Notes under the pieces: model-generated | Told to the model about the DNA's origin: nothing | The model's input: only the letters and a program-made list of their open reading frames with translations | Databases searched by the model: none | NCBI RefSeq assembly: GCF_913054185.1 | Contig: NZ_CAJXIV010000005.1 | Location: 7,253-71,252 of the forward strand | DNA length: 64,000 bases | From: an uncultured Shimia sp. | GTDB lineage: Bacteria > Pseudomonadota > Alphaproteobacteria > Rhodobacterales > Rhodobacteraceae | Direction of reading: 5' to 3' | Program-made: the position numbers and the translations under genes | In this document: positions 1 through 9,580 of the stretch, one piece after another | How the letters are laid out: every line of letters starts with the position of its first letter | Numbering within the stretch: the stretch's first letter is position 1

Positions 1-2
1 AG

Positions 3-920
3 TTCCTGCCCGCGTCTGAGATTGTCTTTGACGCGATGAGCCACACCGGCATCTTCATCATCATTGCCATCACGTTGGTCGCCTTTGTGAAAGCCACCGG
101 TGCCGACAACCTGATCGCCAAGGCTTTCCAGGGCAATCAAGTGCGCATGATCATCCTTGCGGCCTTTATGGGCGGCATGTCGCCTTTCTGTTCCTGCGAA
201 GTCATCCCCTTTATCGCGGCCTTGCTGGCTGTAGGCGCGCCATTGGGGGCTGTGATGGCTTTCTGGCTGGCCTCTCCACTGATGGACCCCGCCATGTTTA
301 CAATTACTTGGGGCGAGCTTGGTCTGGACTTTGCGCTTGCCAAAACCGTCGCGGCTGTGAGCATCGGCATGATGGGTGGTTTCCTGACCATGACTTTCTC
401 CAACACCGCAGTCTTTGCCGAGCCTCTGCGCGAGAAGCCACAGGTTGGCGGGTGTTGCGGCACGAAGGCGCCGTTCTCCGCCAAACCTGTCTGGAAGTTC
501 TGGGGCGACGCGGATCGTCGGACCATCTTCCGCACCACCTGGGTGGACAACGCGCTCTTCTTGGTGAAATGGCTGCTGATCGCCTACATGTTCGAAGCCC
601 TGATGGTGGTTTACGACACCACAGCCTGGGTCGGTCAGTTCCTTGGAGGCGAAGGTTTTGGCACCATCTTGATTGCCGCGCTGATCGGTATGCCCGCCTA
701 CCTCAACGGCTTTGCCGCCGTGGGTTTCATCAGCGGCCTGATGGAGCAAGGCATGTCCAACGGTGCAGCCATGTCCTTTGTGATCGCAGGTGGCGTGAGC
801 TGCATCCCCGCCGCGATCGCGGTCTGGGCTCTGGTGAAACCACGCATTTTTGCCGCCTACCTCACCTTTGCCCTGACCGGCGCCTTGATTGCTGGCACAA
901 TCTGGCAAGCGGTCGCCTAA
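3..920 (+). CDS. DUF318/ArsP-family permease (5'-truncated at window edge)
   Basis: Frame is open from base 3; multiple hydrophobic helices; motifs SPFCSCEVIPF, GAVMAFWLASPLMD, central GGCCG loop and IGMPAYLNG typical of DUF318 permeases. Confidence 0.8.
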   Translation, partial: FLPASEIVFDAMSHTGIFIIIAITLVAFVKATGADNLIAKAFQGNQVRMIILAAFMGGMSPFCSCEVIPFIAALLAVGAPLGAVMAFWLASPLMDPAMFTITWGELGLDFALAKTVAAVSIGMMGGFLTMTFSNTAVFAEPLREKPQVGGCCGTKAPFSAKPVWKFWGDADRRTIFRTTWVDNALFLVKWLLIAYMFEALMVVYDTTAWVGQFLGGEGFGTILIAALIGMPAYLNGFAAVGFISGLMEQGMSNGAAMSFVIAGGVSCIPAAIAVWALVKPRIFAAYLTFALTGALIAGTIWQAVA

Positions 921-947
921 GCCAACGCAGTTAACCAAATCCAGCCA

Positions 948-982
948 AACCACCGATGCCCACACCGCATCGGTGGTTTTTT
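948..982 (+). terminator. Intrinsic terminator after permease
   Basis: AACCACCGATGC / GCATCGGTGGTT 12-bp stem followed by a T run. Confidence 0.75.
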
Positions 983-1210
983 GTGTCACCGCTTCACAAA
1001 GCAATTAGAAACACCAAATTTCCCTCATTTTCTCCGAGACTTCCGCTTTCCCCTTCAATTTTCGACATTTCTTGCGGCATTCCCGCCTCAGACAGTTGCT
1101 ATCTGCCTGACAAATCCGACATATTGGCCAAAACGCCAGCAGAGCGTTAACCATCGTGTTAGAGAGTTTTGTGCTATAGTGGCGCATAAGAGCAGTTTCA
1201 GGAGCAGGTA

Positions 1211-1870
1211 ATGCTCGAGTTCGACAATGTGAGTAAGTCCTTCTGGACCGGCACGCAGCGCAAGGTCATCCTTGAGCGCGTCTCTTTCCGTGTCGAATTG
1301 GGCAACTCTCTGGGCATCTTGGCCCCCAACGGCACCGGCAAAACCACGTTGATCAATATGATGGCGGGGCTGGAAAAGCCCGACGAAGGCACAATCCGCC
1401 GCGACTGCCGCATTTCCTTCCCGCTTGGGTTCATGGGCGGCGTGGTGAACAAACACACCGCCGTGGAGAACAGCCGCTACATCGCTCGCCTCTATGGGCT
1501 TGATCCAGACTACGTCGAAGCCTTTTGTCGTTGGCTCTGCAACCTGGGCGAATACTTCGACCAGCCGCTTGGCACCTATTCCTCGGGCATGCGCTCGCGC
1601 TTCACCTTTGCGCTGATGCTCGCGTTGGATTTCGACATCTACTTGATTGACGAGGGCATGCCCTCATCCACCGACGTGGACTTTAACAAAAAAGCCGGTG
1701 AGGTGCTCCGCGAACGCCTGCGCACCACCACAATTGTGATTGTGTCACACCAGCCGCAAGTGCTGGAAAAATTTGCCCGTTCGGCCGCAGTGCTGCTGAA
1801 TGGCAAACTGTATATGTTCGACACCTTGGAAGAGGCCAAGCAGCTCTATGACTACCAAACCCAAGGCTAA
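1211..1870 (+). CDS. kpsT: Capsular polysaccharide export ABC transporter ATP-binding protein (KpsT-like)
   Basis: Walker A APNGTGKTT, signature YSSGMRSR, Walker B IYLIDEG, LDFDIYLIDE typical of KpsT; GGAG RBS upstream. Confidence 0.88.
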   Translation: MLEFDNVSKSFWTGTQRKVILERVSFRVELGNSLGILAPNGTGKTTLINMMAGLEKPDEGTIRRDCRISFPLGFMGGVVNKHTAVENSRYIARLYGLDPDYVEAFCRWLCNLGEYFDQPLGTYSSGMRSRFTFALMLALDFDIYLIDEGMPSSTDVDFNKKAGEVLRERLRTTTIVIVSHQPQVLEKFARSAAVLLNGKLYMFDTLEEAKQLYDYQTQG

Positions 1871-3482
1871 GAAATTCCGCGTCCGCCGCAGCGAGACCCC
1901 GCCCGCCCAGCCGGCAGCGGAGGGCACTGCGCAACCTGCGCCTCAACCCGCTCAACAGCCACGGCCGCGTGCAGTGTCCCTGCCCAATCCGGGACAGCCC
2001 ACAGCACAAGCCACGCCCGCCAATCCCGCGCAACCAACGCCGCAAGGCGCAGAGGCCGCCATTGACGCCATCAAACGTGAAGGGCTCACAGGCCGTCAGT
2101 TGCGTATGGCCCGCCGCATGGCACAGAAAAACAATCTGGCGCCAACCTCGGACTATGACGCCGTGCGTCTGTTGCGCGAAGCTGGCATCGACCCGTTCCA
2201 GCGCACCAACATGCTGGACCTGATGCCATCTGACAAAACCGCCACGCCTCCCGCCAAAGGCAGCAAGGTGCAGCTGCCACAGACCATGCCCATGGGCAAA
2301 GAAACCCTGCCTTCAACCGAGACCATGTCTCCGGCGGAAATGCGGGCGCTGGAAATTGGCGAAATTCAGAAAGACATCGCGCGCCGCCGCCGCCGTCGCC
2401 TGCTCCTTCTGCTCGCGCGCCTTTCAGCTTTTGTCTTCCTGCCCACCTTCTTTGCCGGCTGGTACTTCTACTCGATGGCCACGCCGATGTACTCCACCAA
2501 ATCGGCCTTCCTTGTGCAACAGGCCGACAGCGCCGGCGGCTCAGCCCTCGGCGGCCTGCTTCCGGCACAGCTCAACTCCAACCAGGATGCCATTGCCGTA
2601 CAGGATTACTTGACCAGCAAAGACGCGATGATCCGACTGGACAACGATGTGGGCTTCAAAGACCACTTCTCCAATACAGACATAGATCCGATTCAGCGGC
2701 TGGACGAAAATCCATCCAACGAAAAGGCCTATAAGGTCTACAAAAAGTTTGTCAAAATCGGCTACGACCCCACCGAAGGCTCGATCCGCATGGAGGTCAG
2801 CGCGGCAGACCCGGAGATCGCAACGCAGTTCTCAAAAGCCCTGATTTCCTATGCGGAACAACGGGTTGACGACCTGTCTCAACGCAAACGCAAAGACCAG
2901 CTGCGCGACGCCCGCAACAGTTTGGAAACCGCCAAAGAAGAACGTCGCAATGCCCAAATTGATCTGGTGCGCTTGCAAGAAAGCACCGTGCTTGACCCCG
3001 AAGGTGTAATTGCTTCGCTGCGTCAACAGATCACCAATCTGGAAATCCAGTTGCAAGAAAAGCAACTGCAACTGGCCGCCCTCGAAGACAACTCGCGCCC
3101 CAATAAGGCCCGCGTGGATGGTGTGCGGGGTGATGTGCGCCGGCTTCAGGCAGCCTTGGCCACCCAACGCGCCCGCATGACCGAGGCCACCGCCGGCGAG
3201 GAATCCCTTGCCGCCAAAACGTCGCAAATCCAGATCGCACAAGCCGACCTCGCGGCGGCTGATTTGCAAATGCAAACGTCTTTGCAAACCCTGAAGCAAA
3301 CCGAGTTGGAGGCCAACCGACAGGTGCGCTACCTGACCACCTCTGTTGACCCCGTGTCGGCACAAGACCCGTCTTACCCGCGCAGCTTTGAAAACACGAT
3401 CTTGGCCTTCCTGATCTTTTCGGGCATTTATCTGATGATCTCGCTGACCGCGTCCATCCTCAGAGAACAGGTGTCTTCGTAA
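1848..3482 (+). CDS. kpsE: Capsule export inner-membrane polysaccharide co-polymerase (KpsE/RkpR family)
   Basis: TM (AFVFLPTFFAGWYFY), ATPMYSTKSAFLV, DYLTSKDAM, long coiled coil, C-terminal PSYPRSFENTILAFLIF TM. Start taken at ATG 1848 rather than the track's 1800. Confidence 0.82.
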   Translation: MTTKPKAKKFRVRRSETPPAQPAAEGTAQPAPQPAQQPRPRAVSLPNPGQPTAQATPANPAQPTPQGAEAAIDAIKREGLTGRQLRMARRMAQKNNLAPTSDYDAVRLLREAGIDPFQRTNMLDLMPSDKTATPPAKGSKVQLPQTMPMGKETLPSTETMSPAEMRALEIGEIQKDIARRRRRRLLLLLARLSAFVFLPTFFAGWYFYSMATPMYSTKSAFLVQQADSAGGSALGGLLPAQLNSNQDAIAVQDYLTSKDAMIRLDNDVGFKDHFSNTDIDPIQRLDENPSNEKAYKVYKKFVKIGYDPTEGSIRMEVSAADPEIATQFSKALISYAEQRVDDLSQRKRKDQLRDARNSLETAKEERRNAQIDLVRLQESTVLDPEGVIASLRQQITNLEIQLQEKQLQLAALEDNSRPNKARVDGVRGDVRRLQAALATQRARMTEATAGEESLAAKTSQIQIAQADLAAADLQMQTSLQTLKQTELEANRQVRYLTTSVDPVSAQDPSYPRSFENTILAFLIFSGIYLMISLTASILREQVSS

Positions 3483-4315
3483 TGAAACATGTAAATGTTG
3501 GTGCTCTCACCATTGGCAATGACCTTCCACTGACGGTCATTGCTGGCCCATGCCAGTTGGAGAGCAAAGACCACGCCGAAATGATCGTCGGCACCATGAA
3601 AGAGGCCTGTGAAAAGGCCGGTGCGCAGTATGTCTTCAAGGCCAGCTACGACAAGGCCAACCGCACCTCACTGACCGGCATCCGGGGTCTTGGATTGGAC
3701 TCTGGCCTGTCCGTGCTCGACGGCATCCGCAAAGATTTCGACGTACCGGTGCTGACCGATGTGCACACCGAAGAGCAATGTGTTCTTGCCGCTGAGGCTG
3801 TCGACATCTTGCAAATCCCGGCCTTCCTCTGTCGCCAAACGGATATGCTGGTGGCTGCGGGCAAAACCGGCGCTGCGGTGAACGTCAAGAAGGGCCAGTT
3901 TCTGGCCCCTTGGGAGATGGGCAACATCGTCACCAAGATCGAAAGCACCGGCAACACCAACATCCTGTTGACCGAACGGGGCACCTCTTTTGGCTACAAC
4001 ACCCTTGTCGCCGATATGCGGTCCCTGCCGCAAATGGCCCAAACCGGCTACCCGGTTGTGATGGACGCAACCCACTCCGTGCAACAGCCCGGCGGTCAGG
4101 GTGGCAGCTCCGGCGGCCAGCGCGAGTTTGCCCCAGTCATGGCCCGCGCGGCAGTGTCTATTGGTACGGCAGCTGTATTCATTGAAACCCATCAAGATCC
4201 GGACAACGCGCCGTCAGATGGGCCCAATATGATCCACCTTGACCAAATGCCACAACTGATCGACACATTGATGCAGTTTGATGTGTTGGCCAAAGCCAAC
4301 CCAATTGCCATTTGA
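3482..4315 (+). CDS. kdsA: 3-deoxy-D-manno-octulosonate 8-phosphate synthase
   Basis: IAGPCQLES, FKASYDKANRTS, QIPAFLCRQTD, NVKKGQFLAP, ERGTSFGYN, DATHSVQQPG motifs; TAATG coupling to kpsE. Confidence 0.97.
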   Translation: MKHVNVGALTIGNDLPLTVIAGPCQLESKDHAEMIVGTMKEACEKAGAQYVFKASYDKANRTSLTGIRGLGLDSGLSVLDGIRKDFDVPVLTDVHTEEQCVLAAEAVDILQIPAFLCRQTDMLVAAGKTGAAVNVKKGQFLAPWEMGNIVTKIESTGNTNILLTERGTSFGYNTLVADMRSLPQMAQTGYPVVMDATHSVQQPGGQGGSSGGQREFAPVMARAAVSIGTAAVFIETHQDPDNAPSDGPNMIHLDQMPQLIDTLMQFDVLAKANPIAI

Positions 4316-4345
4316 CCGACCTATTTTGACGAGAAAGATTTTGCT

Positions 4346-5842
4346 ATGAAAAAACCATTGCCCGAAGTGCGCCCAAACACCTGGGAATTTCTGCGCGACC
4401 CGATGATCGCCCCTACTGGTTTTCGGGAATATGACGCCCGCTGGCAATTCCCCGAGGGCATCAACCTGCCTGGCATGACCGCCCTTGGCTTTGGCCTTGG
4501 CACCCAAATGCAGCGCCGCGGTATCGAACCGGTGATTGCCGTTGGTAACGATTACCGCGACTATTCTGTCTCCATCAAAATGGCGCTGGTTGTCGGCCTG
4601 ATGAAGGCCGGCATCCACGTCAAAGACATCGGCCCAGCTCTGTCTCCCATGGCCTATTTCTCCCAGTTCCACCTCGATGCGCCTGCCGTGGCCATGGTCA
4701 CCGCATCGCACAACCCCAATGGTTGGACCGGCGTAAAAATGGGCTTTGAAAAGCCGCTGACCCATGGTCCGGATGAGATGGCCGAACTGCGCGACATCGT
4801 GCTCAATGGCGACTTTGACGCCCATGACGGTGGCAAACACGAGATCATCGACGGTGTGCGCGAGGCCTATCTCGACGATCTGGTCGGCGATTTCAAAATG
4901 TCCCGCCCTCTAAAAGTTGTCTGCGCCACCGGCAACGGCACCGCCGCCGCTTTTGCCCCGGAACTCTTCAAACGTATGGGTGTGGAGGTGGTCGAAAGCC
5001 ACTGTGAGCTCGACTACACCTTCCCGCATTACAACCCCAACCCCGAAGCCATGGAAATGCTGCACGACATGTCTGACAGCGTGAAGGCCTCCGGCGCAGA
5101 CCTCGCGCTTGGCTTTGATGGCGACGGCGACCGCTGCGGCGTGGTGGATGACGAAGGTGAAGAAATCTTTGCTGACAAGGTCGGCGTGATCATGGCCAAA
5201 GACCTCGGCAAGCTCTACCCCAACGCCACCTTTGTTGCCGACGTGAAATCCACCGGACTTTACGCGGCGGACCCGGACCTTTTGGCCACCGGCGCCAAAA
5301 CCGACTACTGGAAAACCGGCCACAGCCATATGAAACGCCGCGTGAAAGAAATTGGCGCGCTGGCAGGCTTTGAAAAATCCGGCCACTACTTCCTCGCAGG
5401 CCCTATTGGGCGCGGCTATGACTGCGGCATGCGCGTTGCTGTGGAAATCTGCAAAATGCTGGACCGCAACCCGGACATGAAAATGTCGGACATGCGCAAA
5501 GCCCTGCCCAAAACCTGGTCTACCCCCACGATGTCGCCCTACGCGTCAGACACAGAGAAATACGACATTCTGGAACGTATCGTGGCCAAGTTGTCCGCGA
5601 TGCATGAGGCCGGTGACAAGATCGCCGGTCGCGCCATCAGCGAAGTTGTGACCGTAAATGGTGCTCGCGTGATCCTGGACAACGGCAGCTGGGGCCTCGT
5701 GCGCGCGTCCTCCAATACGCCAAACCTGGTGGTGGTGATCGAAAGCAACGAGAGCGACGCGGAGATGCGCCAAATCTTTGCCGAGATCGACGCGGTGATC
5801 CGCACCGAGCCCGGTGTGGGCGACTACGACCAGTCGATTTAA
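4346..5842 (+). CDS. Phosphomannomutase/phosphoglucomutase
   Basis: TASHNP phosphoserine loop, FDGDGDR metal loop, GFEKSGH sugar loop, RASSNTP. Confidence 0.93.
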   Translation: MKKPLPEVRPNTWEFLRDPMIAPTGFREYDARWQFPEGINLPGMTALGFGLGTQMQRRGIEPVIAVGNDYRDYSVSIKMALVVGLMKAGIHVKDIGPALSPMAYFSQFHLDAPAVAMVTASHNPNGWTGVKMGFEKPLTHGPDEMAELRDIVLNGDFDAHDGGKHEIIDGVREAYLDDLVGDFKMSRPLKVVCATGNGTAAAFAPELFKRMGVEVVESHCELDYTFPHYNPNPEAMEMLHDMSDSVKASGADLALGFDGDGDRCGVVDDEGEEIFADKVGVIMAKDLGKLYPNATFVADVKSTGLYAADPDLLATGAKTDYWKTGHSHMKRRVKEIGALAGFEKSGHYFLAGPIGRGYDCGMRVAVEICKMLDRNPDMKMSDMRKALPKTWSTPTMSPYASDTEKYDILERIVAKLSAMHEAGDKIAGRAISEVVTVNGARVILDNGSWGLVRASSNTPNLVVVIESNESDAEMRQIFAEIDAVIRTEPGVGDYDQSI

Positions 5843-5897
5843 GGCGCTGAACGCAGGCTCGTGCCCGCCTTTGCGCCTCTCCATAGTTCAATTATTT

Positions 5898-5932
5898 ACA
5901 GGCCCACGCGTATGCTGGGCCTGTTTCTGTTT
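5898..5932 (+). terminator. Intrinsic terminator after phosphomannomutase
   Basis: ACAGGCCCA / TGGGCCTGT stem then TTCTGTTT. Confidence 0.6.
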
Positions 5933-6131
5933 GCGGCTGGCCCCTGCCCCTTCCTGCCGAATGATTGCCAAAAACCGACGCACGCTGCGCCCTCCTGCAA
6001 CACCTCTAAACCACTACGTTTCTATTCGCCCATCTGGTCCACAAATGCTGGCAGTTACGACCTGTATCCATTACGCTGCCGCTTATGGAACGCACGAACA
6101 CGCACAGCTCTCAACAGGCACCGGCGCAATA

Positions 6132-6623
6132 ATGACGATCGACGTCTTGCTGCCGGAACTGCGCGCCTATGCGCTGTCGCTGTCCAAACACCGGCATGAT
6201 TCCGAAGACTTGGTTCAAGACGCGATCGAACGGGCACTGCGGTCGGACAAACGCCCCAAACCACTAGCTGATCTGCGCCCATGGATGTTTCGCATCATTC
6301 GCAACCTGCATGTGGATGAGACGCGAAAAAAACGGGTGCGCATGGAATATTCCAATACGCAAAGCCGTTTATCTATTGATCTAACGCAAAGCCACGACCA
6401 TGCCGAAGACATAACTGTACGGACGACATTTGCAACTTTACCGCCCGCCATGCGCGAGGTGTTGTTTCTCGTGGATGTTATGGGCATGAAATACGCCGAA
6501 GCCGCCAAAATCATGGACGTGCCACATGGCACAGTGATGAGCCGGATAAGCCGCGCCCGCCGCGCGTTGATCGAAGCAATTGAGGCCACGCCAGAGCAGG
6601 CCAACAAGGACACCAAAAGATGA
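6132..6623 (+). CDS. ECF-type RNA polymerase sigma factor
   Basis: Region 2 LRAYALSL...SEDLVQDAIERA...WMFRIIRN; region 4 REVLFLVDVMGMKYAEAAKIMDVPHGTVMSRISRAR. Start at ATG 6132; the track's upstream extension is unsupported. Confidence 0.92.
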   Translation: MTIDVLLPELRAYALSLSKHRHDSEDLVQDAIERALRSDKRPKPLADLRPWMFRIIRNLHVDETRKKRVRMEYSNTQSRLSIDLTQSHDHAEDITVRTTFATLPPAMREVLFLVDVMGMKYAEAAKIMDVPHGTVMSRISRARRALIEAIEATPEQANKDTKR

Positions 6624-7357
6624 CCGATCTAAGCGACAGCGATTGGGACCTGATCAACGCCTATGCAGATGGCGAACTGCCCGCCAGTGATCTGGCGGCC
6701 TTCGAAGCGCGCCTGGCCATTGAGCCTGCGCTACAAGAGGCGTTGCAGCAGGTGCAAAAAGTGTCCAGCGCATTGGCACAGATGCGCCCTGAGGTGGCCA
6801 TGCCTGCGCTCGAACCCGTGCAACCCGCAAACCGCAACTGGCGCCCGCTTGCGACTTGCGCCTCAATTGCGGCCATGACGATTGTCGCCGCAGGCCTGTT
6901 TTTCATGTCATCCAAAGTGCCAAAATCTGCCCTTGAGCTGCATCAGGCATTCTTGGACACAAGCTACACACTGCCGTCAGTGTCTGACGTTCAAGACGTT
7001 GACGTTCAGGCAAACCCGCTGGCGCCTGAGCTACTGATGGCCAATCTATATCTGGTGGAGCAGACAAGTTTGTCCGGGGACCGCAGCGCTGCGCATTACA
7101 AAGGGCGCAACAACTGCCGTTTGACACTGATGTCCGGGCCGGAGGTGAGCGCCAAGGACGTGCCGGAAGGCGTACGTTTTGCCCAGTGGCTCAACGACGA
7201 TCGTGGCTTTGTTGTGATGGCTTCAGGCATGGATCAGCGTCGGTTTAATGCCATTGCAGAGTTCCTGCGTCAGGCGACCCATGCGCCAACCCAACCGAAA
7301 ACCGTCTTGGCCATGAAACAGGCCACAGACGCCGCTGCCCCTTGTCAGCAAGTCTGA
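6620..7357 (+). CDS. Transmembrane anti-sigma factor
   Basis: ATGA overlap with sigma; N-terminal LINAYADGEL...FEARLA anti-sigma domain, one TM helix, periplasmic domain with CRLTL. Confidence 0.85.
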   Translation: MTDLSDSDWDLINAYADGELPASDLAAFEARLAIEPALQEALQQVQKVSSALAQMRPEVAMPALEPVQPANRNWRPLATCASIAAMTIVAAGLFFMSSKVPKSALELHQAFLDTSYTLPSVSDVQDVDVQANPLAPELLMANLYLVEQTSLSGDRSAAHYKGRNNCRLTLMSGPEVSAKDVPEGVRFAQWLNDDRGFVVMASGMDQRRFNAIAEFLRQATHAPTQPKTVLAMKQATDAAAPCQQV

Positions 7358-7432
7358 TCCGGATCTCGCTTGAGCCGAGCTAAAGTGGCCCTATGCCGCG
7401 TTTCGCCGGCAAAGGGCCTCAACTTTAAGACA

Positions 7433-8152
7433 TTAGTTCTTTTTGCCCGGGAAGTTCGGGCGATCTACGCCATAGTTCACGGTGAGGTAGTCGAGAATGA
7501 TGCTGCGCTCTGGCTCTTCAAATTCGTCCATGCCCTGGTCTTCGACCATCCACTCGAACAACTCGATCCAGCCATCCCGGCTAAGCCCCTGCTGCGCGAC
7601 AATCATCTCGGAGTGGCAGGCAGAACAGGCATAAAAGGTCTCTTCCACGCCCGGTGCGTCAAAGAGAATGCCGTATTCGTAGTCTTCTTGCGCGTCAGCG
7701 GCCTCACCTGAGGCTGTCTCCGCCGCAGCGTCAAAGCTCAGCGGTGCGTCACTGTTCTGATTAAGAAACGCAATCAGATTGGCCCGGTCAGAGGCTTTTT
7801 TCATGCCCGCAAAAGTCATCTTGGTGCCTTTGACCACGGCTTTTGGTTTGGTCAGAAATGCATCCAATTGATCCACCGACCACGTACCACCCAACGCAAC
7901 AAGCGGCTTGGAGTATTTGTAGCCATCCACGGCGGCCACCGGCGCGCCCACAATACCATAAAGATTGGGGCCGGTCTTTTTCTTGCCGCCCTGATCAACC
8001 GTGTGACAGGCCTTACATTTCTTGAAGGCTTTTTCGCCTTTGGCAATGTCGGCTTGCGGCAACAGTTCGGCGACGGTTTCGGCAGTGGTCATGGCTGGCA
8101 AAGCAAGCGTCAGGCAAAAGCCCAGACTTGCCCCGATGGCGGGGATACGCAT
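7433..8152 (-). CDS. Periplasmic diheme cytochrome c (cytochrome c2-like domain fused to SorB-like domain)
   Basis: Signal peptide; CKACH with [10 protein letters not shown] and GTKMTFAG (class I c2); second CSACHS with W...WM and [10 protein letters not shown] resembling SorB-type cytochromes. Confidence 0.82.
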   Translation of the reverse strand: MRIPAIGASLGFCLTLALPAMTTAETVAELLPQADIAKGEKAFKKCKACHTVDQGGKKKTGPNLYGIVGAPVAAVDGYKYSKPLVALGGTWSVDQLDAFLTKPKAVVKGTKMTFAGMKKASDRANLIAFLNQNSDAPLSFDAAAETASGEAADAQEDYEYGILFDAPGVEETFYACSACHSEMIVAQQGLSRDGWIELFEWMVEDQGMDEFEEPERSIILDYLTVNYGVDRPNFPGKKN

Positions 8153-8190
8153 GGAGGTCTCCTGGTGGTGGTGTGAGTGTGTCTTGTCAT

Positions 8191-8212
8191 GGACGGCGCC
8201 GCAACGCCGTCC
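8191..8212 (-). other. Intercistronic hairpin between sulfite oxidase and cytochrome genes
   Basis: GGACGGCG-N6-CGCCGTCC perfect 8-bp stem without U tail. Confidence 0.45.
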
Positions 8213-8224
8213 AAATTGGGTGGG

Positions 8225-9517
8225 TTAGCTGACGCGCAGACCAACCCGGTGCATGGTGTTGTTGAGGTAGCCTTTTGGATTCCAGTCAATGGCAAAAGGT
8301 TGCATCTCGCCATTGCTGTCTGTCGCACGCGCCCAGACTTCGTAGTAGCCTGCCTGCGGGAAGGACACGTTGGAACGCCAATTCTGCCAAGCGCCGGAGT
8401 TCACCGGTGCATCCAGCTCTGCGGTCTGCCAGGTGGCACCAAAGTCTGAGGAAACTTCCAGCTTCTCAATTGTACGGTCACCGGACCACGCGTGCCCGCG
8501 CACTTCAGTTTCCATACCCACTTCTGCGCCATTGGCCGGGAAGGTCACCAAAGATTTCACCGGCATCCGCTCGATGATCACAAAATCTTCGGTTTCCACC
8601 TTTTCACCTGGGGCCACAGGACGGTTTGGTACGCGGTAGGCTTTGCCGGTCATTTTTGGACCGTCATGCACCACATCACGCAACTCGATGCGTGTCAGCC
8701 ATTTTTGAGCTGTGGAGGCAGGCCAACCTGGCACCACGAGCCGCAGAGGTGCGCCGTTCAGCGGGTGCAGCGGCGCACCGTTCATTTCAAACGCAATCAG
8801 GATCTCGTCTGTCATCGCTTTGGCAATTGGCATGCCGCGCGAAATTGGCAGTTTGGCAGGATCACCAGACAGATGCGCATCCGCGCCATAGTGGGCAGTG
8901 TACACCACGTTAGATTGTACGCCTGCCGCTTCCAGCACGTCTTTCAAACGCACACCGGTCCATTCAGAACAGGCCACCGCACCATAGGTCCACTGGTTGC
9001 CTTTGGCTGGCGGATTAAAGAAGCCACGGCCGTTGCCGCCACATTCCAGCGTCAGCGCACTGGTGACCACTTCGAATTTTTCTTTCAGATCGGCGATGCT
9101 CAAGGTGAGGGGCGTGTCAACAAAGCCATCGATGGTCAATGTCCAGCTTGCCGCATCAACATCCTCAGGTGGAATGCCGTTGTTGCGCACAAAGTGGCGC
9201 GACGTGGGGGTGATTGCATCGTCCAGAAGCTCTGGTGGTGTTTCCGCGTTTACCGGCCGGTCGTTGAGCAATGTCAGGCCGTCTTTGCCCACCAGCACGT
9301 CCTCAGACGCCATGGCCGCTGGCACAAAGCCAATTGGCATATTGCGGTGGAACGGGATCGACGTGCCCACCATGGCCGCCATAGTGGCCAGGCCAGTGCG
9401 CTTGAGGAAGCCGCGGCGGTCCGGGTTTGGCACTCGGCCGTAAAACTCCTTGTCCGCCTTCTCCGGATTCTCGGCGAAAAAGCTGTTTACGTCCTTAGTC
9501 TTATCGTCGTCGGCCAT
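8225..9517 (-). CDS. Tat-exported sulfite-oxidase-family molybdoenzyme (SorA/SorT-like sulfite dehydrogenase)
   Basis: Tat motif DRRGFLK; HFVRNNG, LECGGNGR (Mo-ligand Cys), WTGVRLKDVL, HPLNGAPLRLVVPGW, KWLTRI, WNPKGY. GGAGG RBS before ATG 9517. Confidence 0.9.
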   Translation of the reverse strand: MADDDKTKDVNSFFAENPEKADKEFYGRVPNPDRRGFLKRTGLATMAAMVGTSIPFHRNMPIGFVPAAMASEDVLVGKDGLTLLNDRPVNAETPPELLDDAITPTSRHFVRNNGIPPEDVDAASWTLTIDGFVDTPLTLSIADLKEKFEVVTSALTLECGGNGRGFFNPPAKGNQWTYGAVACSEWTGVRLKDVLEAAGVQSNVVYTAHYGADAHLSGDPAKLPISRGMPIAKAMTDEILIAFEMNGAPLHPLNGAPLRLVVPGWPASTAQKWLTRIELRDVVHDGPKMTGKAYRVPNRPVAPGEKVETEDFVIIERMPVKSLVTFPANGAEVGMETEVRGHAWSGDRTIEKLEVSSDFGATWQTAELDAPVNSGAWQNWRSNVSFPQAGYYEVWARATDSNGEMQPFAIDWNPKGYLNNTMHRVGLRVS

Positions 9518-9580
9518 ATTATCCTCCCATGGCGTAGTGCTGTTGGGCGCCCCACTCTGAATTGGTGGTTGCAAGGGACT

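Noticed and set aside
5814-6131. N-terminal extensions in the ORF track (sigma from 5814, kpsE from 1800, oxidase from 9715, acyltransferase from 45234, sdhD from 60280)
   Set aside because: They overlap neighbouring genes, terminators or promoters; downstream ATGs fit the family N-termini better.
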